Shown: positions 37,851 through 48,324 of the stretch, one piece after another | Position numbering within the stretch: position 1 is the first letter of the stretch | Layout of the letters: the number at the start of each line of letters is the position of its first letter | NCBI GenBank assembly: GCA_964016885.1 | Contig: OZ024740.1 | Location: 224,378,001-224,442,000 of the forward strand | Length of the DNA: 64,000 nucleotides | Direction of reading: 5' to 3' | Source of the DNA: Eledone cirrhosa | Lineage: Eukaryota | Program-made: the position numbers and the translations under genes | Notes under the pieces: generated by a model | Told to the model about the DNA's origin: nothing | The model's database searches: none | Seen by the model: the letters and a program-made list of their open reading frames with translations, nothing else

Positions 37851-38669
37851 TACAAATTCATACAAATGTGTATGTGTGCATAAATATATATATACATACA
37901 CATATATATATATATATACACATACACATATATATACACACAAACACACATATATATACACACAAACACACATATATATACACACACAAACACATATATA
38001 CACACAAACATATATATACGTCTAAACCCATGCTTGCGTGGAAGATAGACGTTAAACGATGATGATGACACAAACACATATATATATACAAACACACATA
38101 TCATCATCATCATCATCAACGTTTAACGTCCGTGTTCCACGCTTGCATGGGTTTGGACGGGGGTAGTCCCACTTGAGGCAAGAGTGATTGTCTTGCTCGC
38201 ATAGGACTGTCTGGCAGGTTTTCTACAGTTGGATGCCCTTCCTAACACCAACCACATTTACAGTGTGGGTCTGGGAGGTTTTTACCGTGTTGCCTACACG
38301 GCCACATTACAGCATGGACTGTGTGTTTTTTTTGTCGTGACACCTACACGATCTCATTTGTTTCGGCCTCGATGGCGCGGCACCAACATAACTTTACATA
38401 GAACGGGGTGGTGTGGATGGGGTGGGGGTGGTGGTGGTGGGACGCGGTGTATTTTGTTAGAGATGCCTACTGGCTGGAGTAGGTTTTACTATATATATAT
38501 ATACATACACACACACATATATATACACACATATACACACCCACACATATATATATATTAAGAAATCCATACAATTGCGTGTGTCTGCATTATACTTTCA
38601 CTATTGAGACCTGTTGTAAAAAAAAAAAAATTAGTCTCACTTTTGAGACCGCCCGTCTTGACGTATGGC
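37573..38669. mobile_element. Non-autonomous Mutator-like DNA transposon inserted in the viral VP gene
   Basis: TIR GGCATACCTCAAGACGGGCGGTCTCAAAAGTGAAACTAATTTTT vs revcomp GCCATACGTCAAGACGGGCGGTCTCAAAAGTGAGACTAATTTTT, extending inward (TTTTACAACAGGTCTC); 9-bp TSD CAATTTGTT (37564-37572 and 38670-38678). Confidence 0.85.
38100..38475 (-). mobile_element. Short 5'-truncated RTE copy nested in the Mutator-like element
   Basis: Nearly identical to 13795-14167 (3' UTR and tail). Confidence 0.9.
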
Positions 38670-39045
38670 CAATTTGTTTTCCTCTTATAATATTCCTTAC
38701 TAAGAACGCCGATACTCCGCTACTTTTTTTACTTCACTCAATTAGTTTGTTGTCAGCTTCATCTATAGTTATATCTGTTCTGTCATAGTCTAAATCGTGT
38801 ATTCTGCAGCAGTTGTCTAATTCATTAATAGGTTTGTTGTTGTAATTGTTTGTGTATGGTCCACAGTAATTATAATATGGTAAATGTAAAGGTATGACTT
38901 ACCGAGAGTCCTGCCAACATTGTTGCATCTCTTAGTTTCAAATCGTCGTAGCTCATTCTGAATGTCTTATTGAGTAGTAGCGAAGTATCGCCGTTCTTCT
39001 TTTGGCGTGTATTTCTGTTGTGGTAACTTTAAATGCGCGCCTTGA

Positions 39046-39120
39046 TATTTATACTTTTTTTTATGCTGACTATGCTTTTAATTTTGCCTACGTGTTCGTA
39101 TTTGAATTATTGTGATTGGA
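39046..39120 (-). promoter_or_regulatory. Putative viral promoter (CCAAT + TATA)
   Basis: Minus strand CCAAT (39115-39119) and TATAAATA (39046-39053) lie between the hairpin and the first ATG (~38956). Confidence 0.55.
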
Positions 39121-39144
39121 GAATCTGACTGCTCGTTGCACTGC

Positions 39145-39283
39145 CCTTTTGGAAAGGGAGACAAGCCGAGAGGGAGGGAGGAGGGGGGTTACATTACAGA
39201 GTTAAGGCTCTTCACGTTTGCCTTTCCGCTAAATACCTAGAATTCCTCCACCTCCCTCCAGGCTTGTCTCCCTTTCCAAAAGG
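39145..39283. repeat. Parvovirus-like terminal hairpin
   Basis: Perfect 23-bp arms CCTTTTGGAAAGGGAGACAAGCC / GGCTTGTCTCCCTTTCCAAAAGG, extended ~16 bp imperfectly; GC-rich in an AT-rich context, at the edge of the viral sequence. Confidence 0.75.
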
Positions 39284-40120
39284 TTCAATATAATCGCTTA
39301 ACTAATTTTAAACAGGTGCCCCAGCATTCTCACAGTTGAAATAGCGTAAACAGTAAAGAATGAATTAAAAGAATCATTTCATGTCTATATTTCTATGCTT
39401 GTACAGGTTAGACAAATACTGAACATTATCCTGGTTTTTGGCTGCTAAGCAAGTGCCTGTATTGTCTATTACAAGATTAACCCGCAAGCTGGCACTGGTA
39501 CTAATTTTCAGTCAAGGAAATACATGCCACACCATCTGGCATTTGAACAAACAACCTTATAAACAAGATCCGAAAACCCTAACCACTAAGCCACATGCTT
39601 TCACTAGTAAAGGAATAAAAGAATAAAATACATAAATAGATAATTGGTGTGTGCAGCATATGAGAGTGACAGGTGGGGGAGCTTCAGTTATTCTCTTTCC
39701 AGGAATATCATCCACATATAAGACAGACACTTCATCTTCTTCAACATGTATCAGATTTATTTCACAATGACTGCTCACATAGACAGGTTATACATTCTTT
39801 TGGCAGCATAAAGAGCCTTGTCTCTCTTCTTCTTGTGTTTTTAGTAGTTTCCTTTCACTGTGTGATGAGTCTATTCACAATCCTTATCCTGCAAGACAGG
39901 TTAAATTTACTAAGGTTGAGCTGTGCCATATCTCCGCTATGTGACTAGGTATTTGGTCATGGAAGAATGACTAGGAGTAATATTTTTAGATTACATATGC
40001 CTTCTTTAATTGAAGGGAGACAGTTATGATAGGCAGGTTACTGACAAGTGAGAATCAAAACCCCATGAATGGCAACAATACATAGAGGTAGATTTACACA
40101 CACACACACACACACAGACA

Positions 40121-40193
<73 letters not shown>

Positions 40194-40284
40194 GTATAGA
40201 AATTATTGTGAGCGTGAAGCCAACAGTATTTCATAATATATAAGTGACTATAACGTCAAAATAGAAAATAATTAACGTAAGATC

Positions 40285-40576
40285 ATCATCACCATCATCA
40301 TTTCATTTTACGTCCGCTTTTTCCCTGCTTGCAAGGGTGGGACGGGAACTGATTCTGGCTTGATTTCTACAGCTGGATGCCCTTCCTAACACCAACATCA
40401 TTTACAGTGAGTGCTGGGTGCTTTTTTGCCGTGGCACCTCCACGATCACTTTGCGTAAACTGGAGCAATGTGAAATAAAGTGTCTTGCTCAAGGAAACAA
40501 CACATCACCCGGTCTGAGAATTGAACTCACAACCTTTCGATTGCAAGGCCAATGCTCTAACCACTAAGCCATGTGT
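40285..40576 (-). mobile_element. CORE-type SINE with RTE-derived tail
   Basis: Paralogue of 16430-16775 with an internal deletion. Confidence 0.8.
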
Positions 40577-40732
40577 GGGAAAATAATTCAAACTCATATA
40601 TATATATATATATATATGCACACACACATGCACTACAAGTACTTGCACACACATACACAGAAACAAATATATATAAATATATAAATGTCTAACCCATGCT
40701 AGCATGAAAGATGGATGTTAAACAATGATAAT

Positions 40733-40792
<60 letters not shown>

Positions 40793-40801
40793 GAGAGAGA
40801 G

Positions 40802-40879
<78 letters not shown>

Positions 40880-41051
40880 GAGAGAGAGAGAGATTGATAC
40901 AAATAGTTGGAAATAAATATAGGTAAGCAGACAGTTTAGAATTGGAAAATATAATATATTGGGAACTACAATTTAGACAATATTTGAAGAGAAAGAAACA
41001 GTTTGAATAATAAAGTTAGGTAGATAAATAGATAGATATGTTTAAATAGAT

Positions 41052-41132
<81 letters not shown>

Positions 41133-41584
41133 AAAGGATGTAAAAACACAATAAAATAGATTGGTGAGAATTGGGGTTATTTTTATACAATGCCACACTC
41201 AGTCACAACATCCAAAGGGGAAATGATCATTGTAGAATAAGATTGGGAACGTTATAAGGGAATAGACATTGGAGTGGGGATAAGATATTGAAGCAAATAG
41301 AGATTTAGTCATCCATATATAAATACACAAATGGAAAAGATAAACTTTGCCAGAAATTCAAATATACGTCACATGAGATAAAAATTAAAAGGAAACAAAT
41401 GTAAAACCCCTATATTGTAGATACAAACATGACATGGAATGTGGGCGACAGACCTGTAAATAAAACAAGACAAACACATAGGTAGATAGTTAGATGGATA
41501 TCTTTCTTTATTTGCCACAAAATGGGACATTACAAGACGTGCAGGCAGGGGTTTTACATAAAATCTTTACAATGATTAGATAGA

Positions 41585-42285
41585 CAGCACCAAACCGACT
41601 GTTTTCAAACTTTACACATGTAATACTTATGTTTCATGGAGTGTTCTGATAAAAACAAATCTCAAATTTTCAATGCCCTAGGAACCGCATTTAGCGATCT
41701 CTCTCTATAATTCTTAGTCTTTCTCTATTTAGATAGATACACACATATAACGTCGCGCCCTTATAATATCTGTCTGTATGTCTTCCATGAGGATATCTGT
41801 CTGTGTGTGTGTGTCTATTAGTTTGAATCCCTAAAATTCGAGAAATACCCAACCGACTTTTTTCAAACTTTACATGTGTATTACTTATACTTCAGGGAGT
41901 GTTATGCACATAAAGAAAATTCAACTTTTTGATCCCCTAGGGATTGGATTAGGTGAAAAACTGCGTTTTTCCAGCTTTTTAGGGGTATTTTGAGACGTTA
42001 CGTCAGACAGATTTACTTGAAATTGTAACTATGTATTAGTCAATCTCTTCTTCATACCGTGAGCAAAGAAAATCCAACTTTTTTATGGCCTAGAGCCCGC
42101 ATTAGGTGAAAACCTGCATTTTTCCTGTTTCATCGGGGAAAATCTTAAAGATTATCCAGCCATCAGAGTATTCGGTTTATTTTCTTTACATATTGTCCAG
42201 GCATGCAGTTTTTCCATGATTAGGTCTGTTGGCGACCCGCATTCCAAAATACCTTATCCTGTGCAACGCCGGGTACCACTACTAG
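41585..42285 (+). mobile_element. Non-autonomous Helitron-like element
   Basis: 3' hairpin TCCTGTGCAACGCCGGGTA followed by CTAG (42282-42285) then T; internal repeat AACCGACT.TTTTCAAACTTTACA at ~41594 and ~41852. The 5' end is uncertain. Confidence 0.65.
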
Positions 42286-42308
42286 TATATATATATATAT
42301 GTGTGTGT

Positions 42309-42372
<64 letters not shown>

Positions 42373-42764
42373 ATACATATATGCATATAGATAGAGTTGT
42401 AGTATATATATTACTCAGTGACATATTTTAATAAGTACATACTTGGGATTTAGTGAAGAACACAATTGCAAATATAGTAATACCTTTTCCCTATATAATA
42501 GTAGAGTATATTTCTCATAGACATTCTGACATGTAGTACCAATGCCAATTCTGTAATGGATGTTTGATAGTGATAGCAGACAATAAAATAAATATGGAAT
42601 ACTTACTTTGGTAAGAAGCCAATGTTTCTAAGTGGCATAAAATTGTAGCTTTAAAGAAAAATAATTATTTCTTACATAGAGATAAAAGCTGAGATATTTC
42701 TTTTTATGGAGGAGGTGATGTTATCTTTTCCACTGAGCTTAAATATTATTTCAGATAATAATAA

Positions 42765-43682
42765 TTATTTCTACTTTAGGCACAGGGCCAGCAATTACCC
42801 AGTGCATTAGTGGTACTTTATTTTATCGACCACGTAAGGATGAAAGGCAAAGTTAACCTCGACGGGATTTGAACTCAGAATGGCAATGGCCGTAACTCTA
42901 TGCGTCAAAGCACGGCGTCTGACCCTCTACCGATACTGCCAATCCACCGCCTTTCAGATAATAATAATAATCATCGTTTTTTCATCATTTTTTCACTGCT
43001 TGAATGGATCATCTCTTCTGCCAGTCTTAGTCATTTGAAGTCAGCTCTCACAGCCTCTGCCCAGGTCTCTCTTTGTCTTTCTTTACTGCAGCATCCTTGG
43101 GATTTCTTGTCATTTCTTTACCCAGCTGTAAATAATATTAATAATAACGATTTCTACTCTAGGCACAAGGCCAGTAATTTTAGGGGAGGGGAAAGTCGTT
43201 TAAATCGACCCCAGTACTTACTGATGCTTTATTTTATTGACCGTGTAAGGATGAAAGGCAAAGCTAGCCTCTGTGGGATTTGACCGCAGAACATAAAGGG
43301 CCATAACTCTCTGTCATGAAGCAGGGTGTCTAATGCTATACCAATACTGCCAATCTACCGGCCTACTGTTATTCCCGCCGAGGTTAACTTTGCCTTTGAT
43401 CCTTACGGAGTCGATAAAATAAAGTACAAGTAATGTATTGGGTAATTGCTGGCCTTGTGCCAAAAGTAGAAACAATTATCAATAATAAAAGGGCAGTGGT
43501 TTGGCAGTTTCGATAGAGGGTCTGACGCCATGCTTTGCAGCAAAGAGTTACGGCCCTTTATGGTCTGAGTTCAAATCCTGCCGAGGTTAACTTTGCCTTT
43601 CATCCTTACGAGGTCGATAAAATAAACCACCAGTAATACACTGGGATAATTGCTGGCCTTGTGCCAAATGTAGAAACAATTA
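42765..43682. mobile_element. Cluster of four SINE family A copies (two -, two +)
   Basis: 42765-42951(-), 43150-43362(-), 43371-43478(+, partial), 43491-43682(+). Confidence 0.8.
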
Positions 43683-46600
43683 TTAATAATAATAACAACA
43701 GTAAAAATAATAAAACTTCTCATGGTCATCACCATCATATTTCTGCTTTTCCATAATGGCATGGGTTTGCTTTGTTTGTTACAGACCAAATGAGTACATA
43801 GTCAGAACATTGTCTTCCTAGATGTGCCAGGGGTCACATCTAATGTTCCAATTTAGGTTGGATTTCTATAGAAAGATACTCTTCTTAACCCCCAACTACA
43901 TTGCACTATGTACTGAGTGCATCTTATTGTATCACCACTATTGGGGGGGGGGGGGTCATTATGTCCTTGAGATGACTGAAGAGTCCTCTCTACACTTTTT
44001 TGCTGGAAACCATTCTGAATATTCAACATTTTTTATTTGCATAGTCTGCTACAAATGTTTGATCTCACAATAACTAACAATCTAACAACACACCTTTAAT
44101 CATTTGAACACTGTCACCCTACTATCTGTTCCCTTCCCAGGATGTCTACTCAAGATCATCACAAAAAATAATATGAATTAAACTTGAATAAACAACCATA
44201 AATGTATAAAATGTAGCAACATTCAAAGTAATTCCTTTCTGAAAACCTCAGGCTTAAGAAACAATCACTGATTTGTATAGAAAGCAGTGTAATTAACTGT
44301 AATAAACAGAATTATATGGCAGAATGAATAATCGAGCTGGCAGAATATAGTTAAATATTGTTGCGACTCGAATACCAGGCTAGCAAGATATACAAGGGTC
44401 AGCTGAAATGTTCATTGGTTGACAACGAAGAAGTAATGCTAGATCAGTGATATCTTGAATGCATTAATTTCAACTCTTCTTAATAATAACTGCATTTTTT
44501 TTACAGGGACTATGATGAAAAATAAACCTCATTTGGTTATTCCATGGCAGTATCTTGATCAGCCTATGAACTTGTCAGCCTATGAATTTTTCAGCTGATT
44601 TCATAGTCAAACAGCAATGGTGTATAAGACCTGATGGTTCAATGTATCAGCATTGTTTAAATTGCATTAAAAGTTTAGGTGTTTTCTTCAGGATCAGCAA
44701 ATACTTCATTTTTATCAGATATTGGTCTCCACAAAATTACATTCTGATCACATTGAAGTAGAGCTTACATGAGCAGTGCCACATATACATGATTGTTAAA
44801 CTTGTTAAAGTCTGTCTCAAGCAAAGGAGCTCATCAAATTACAGCTTATCCTAGTCTTCTTGACATTAACTCTTAATATCCTGTTAAGGTTTTGCAGAAA
44901 ACATCTAAAAACAGTTTTATTAATTCAAATGTCTATAGTATCTGTACTAGTTCATAAATCATAGTGAGCATTTATTGTTTTAGAGTAAAGACTTTAGTTT
45001 TTTAATGTGAAGTTTTTTAATGCTGTTTTGTTCTTTTTAAGAATGGGTTACTAATGCGGTTTCATGTAGTACAGGACGCAAAGAGTACAAGAATTATCTC
45101 TGTACAGGGTACTCATTTTTTGAGATGAGTGAAATTGATTGGCTTGCTCAGCGAGGAAATTGAACCAATGACTTTAAGATCATGTGCCACTAGGCATCAC
45201 ATCTTTACTACTTAACATTTTAGATTAGATAATATATAAAGGTAATCAAAGAGTCACACATTAAACGCTACCCCAAAATGTTACTGTTTCCTATCTATTT
45301 CTGTTACTGCTCTGCAATGGCTTCTGTTTTTCTGCACTAATATATAATACTTCTATTCAACCTTTATTCCTTTACGCATTATTTATGTTTTTTTGCTTAT
45401 TCTCATTTTGCTTTTTCTGTCTTTTGATTTTTGACTTTTCTCTTTTACATTTTTCTTCTCTGTTTTGCCTATCATCCCTTTTACTTTATTTCTATTTTGC
45501 TTCAGCTTTTGCTTGGTTTTACATTTTACCCTTTTAGACTTTTCTCTTTTCTCCCTTTTCACATTTTCTCCACGATTCTTTCTGATAGTTTCTTCCCTTG
45601 CACATCTCACCTATGGAATTTTCTTCCGGCTTCTTGCTTTCCTGACCACTGAAATTTGCAAAAAATCTAAAGCAAATCCTTCTGGCATCTTTTCTCTCCT
45701 TGAACTATAGTCTTGACCTTTTCTTTTCTCAGTAACACCTTGCATTTTAATGGCATTATTGCCTTGCTTGGGGTGAGTAAAAGACAATAAATAGCATTTA
45801 AATTTCTTATTCAATATAACTTCACATGAAACATTTTAATCCTTTTTATACATAAATCTGGAAGACCATGTTGCAGTTGTTGTTTAACCCCACGTCAGCT
45901 CTGTTAAAAAAACCTGTGATGAAAAAATGTTTTAACCATGATCATCTCTCTATTCCAGAAAAAATGCATGTAGGAATGCATTAACTTTTTCATGACATAA
46001 GGTGTGATTTAAATACAATTTTAGCTATTTCTAGGAGATCAAGCAGCTGCATAGAAGCTCCCTCTGCTTACTTTCCCTGCTCCTCTACTCACATTTTCCC
46101 AAATAGTATCATGCAAAGGAAACTGATTTTACTCTTTCAATCTTAACTGCAATTAAAATGTGGACTATGGCAAAAATGATTTCAAAGTGACAATACTATA
46201 AATATATAAATACTTTCCATCTTTCTTTTTCTTTAGATTCTAATATAAAGAAAGCATCATAGAATATTATTGGACCATCTTTAATATATTAATCTTTAAT
46301 GTCTACGTGACGATTCATGTCTCTAAGCTAAACTATTAATAACCGAAACTATATTTGACAAATTGCCTGAAATTGTCCCTGGAAGCTATATGTTAATTTT
46401 ACTAATTAATTTGTTATTGTGTAAAACTGAAATGAAATTTTATTTCATGTTGAAACATAACACTCACTCTAAAAATAGGAGTGTCTTTAAAACACAGCTT
46501 ATTTTTACACTATAAATTTTATGTACATTTTTCATGTTGGTTTGTGTTGGATGAGATATTTTGAAACAAAATTCTTTGGGTAGATACCTGTCCTGGCACC

Positions 46601-46838
46601 AGCCTTTACTTGTCTTTTTACATAAGGTAATCACCTTTGAACATCTAACCTCTGAGGTATATGACATCCATTTATGTAGAACATAACCAAATATCAATGT
46701 CAATAATATCAAATGCAAAGTCAAGAGTTGGAGTGAAATATGCAGATTTACACTGATGCACATACACACAAACAAATGTGTGTATGTGCATTGTGTAAAT
46801 CTGTATATATCAGTGTAAATCTGTGTGTATATATATAT

Positions 46839-46882
<44 letters not shown>

Positions 46883-47051
46883 ATATAAGCTCACTTGTAG
46901 CTGGACTACTAACATGGTGTTCTAAAGTATGGCTATCATATCAAAAACAAAAATAAATATTGCACCTTAATACCTGTCTGATGACAACACAAAAAATGAT
47001 TGTTATGCAACCACATTGATGTCTTTGAAATGCACATAATAGGATTATATA

Positions 47052-47228
47052 ATTGTTTCTATTTTAGGCACAAGGCCAGCAATTACCCAGTGCATTACTG
47101 GTACTTTATTTTATCGACCCCGTAAGGATGAAAGGCAAAGTCAACCTCGGCGGGATTTGAACTCAGATCGTAAAGGGACGTAACTATGCTGGAAAGCATG
47201 GCGTCCGACTCTCTACCGATACTGCCAA
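47052..47228 (-). mobile_element. SINE family A
   Basis: Near-identical to 36075-36258. Confidence 0.85.
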
Positions 47229-47577
47229 ATATAATAAACAGAGGATATAAACATAAAACCATCACTCTTTTTTATAATATTTATGAGTGTGTGTTTGTGC
47301 ATGTGTACTAGGCCTTAGAAGAGCCCAGTATTATCACCACACTTAGCAAAGATCAGACTCCCTCCTTCAATAGATGCTTCCTTTCAATTTTCAATCAGTT
47401 TCAATTACAAAGTTGTTGCTTTAATTTTGGCAAGAATTATACTTTCTGTTACTGGGGTCGATTTGATTGACTTTCCTATCCCCCAAATTGCTGGCATTAT
47501 GTGTAAATTGATATTGTTATTTTTGTTGTTGTGGTTGTGTGTATTATCATATGCGTGTGTGTGTGTGTGATGTGTGT

Positions 47578-47619
<42 letters not shown>

Positions 47620-47936
47620 AATTGTTACCATATATCAATGTACTGCTATCTCATAAATATCGCACACCTAATCCATTGCACAATTTTGACCTATATATTA
47701 ATTTTCATTCCCGTTTTACAATTTTCTTGATATATATATATATGTGAGTGTGTGTGTGTGTGTGTGTATATATTACACCCAACACTTTTATCTTCTATTT
47801 TCCCCGTAAATTCTGATTAAAATGGCTAACAGTAAATGTCAAAACAGAAAATAATTTATATTAATTTCTTTGGAACAAAATGAATCTATTCAGCAAATTT
47901 TTAGATTAAAACTAAAAAATCACCTTCCCTATAATA

Positions 47937-47986
<50 letters not shown>

Positions 47987-48241
47987 GTAATCTGAGTTTT
48001 TCGAATATTAATAATAACATTCGATTTGTTTGCAATTATGCAAACAACCCTCAATTTTATAGCCATGTCAGTAGAATGAACCCTTCATTCTTGCTCTTGT
48101 GTTGGCATATGAACAGAACTGCATACACTAATGTTTCTGGGTATCACACTTCATCAGTACAGCTCACTGTTCACCTGCCGAACTGTCAGAGCTAGTGAAA
48201 ATATATGCTATTTTCAAAAATACACAGTGACTGATCGCCTG

Positions 48242-48316
48242 ATTTGCATATTAGCAGACTCGGTGATCAGTCAATATGCAGATATGACTGATCAGCCAGT
48301 CTGCTAATATGCAAAT
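48242..48316. repeat. 75-bp near-perfect palindrome
   Basis: Outer arms ATTTGCATATTAGCAGACT/AGTCTGCTAATATGCAAAT plus inner TGATCAGTCA/TGACTGATCA. Confidence 0.8.
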
Positions 48317-48324
48317 TGAAAGAG

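Larger units (their letters stand above)
36032..38895 (-). pseudogene. VP1: Parvoviral capsid gene (VP1u PLA2 + VP body), split by two TE insertions
   Basis: PLHLPYYNYCGPYT...PINELDNCCRIHDLDY...ADNKL (38730-38895); Lys cluster; Gly/Pro-rich MGDPHVGPSPGGSAA then KKFSRTFIHYI (from 37424); ORF 36245-36826 is the capsid-like C-terminal part. Removing the SINE gives ...RNYEITRVDRTRQAHR* with the stop at 36032-36034. Confidence 0.85.
34450..39283 (-). mobile_element. Endogenous parvovirus/densovirus-like element, near-complete genome
   Basis: Terminal hairpin, TATA/CCAAT promoter, PLA2-bearing VP gene and HUH+SF3 NS1 gene; ~3.5 kb once two TE insertions are removed. Confidence 0.92.

Noticed and set aside
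34388-39602. Direct repeat AACCACTAAGCCACATGC on both sides of the viral element
   Set aside because: It is the common SINE head found many times in the window and lies ~300 bp from the hairpin, so it is not a TSD or LTR.
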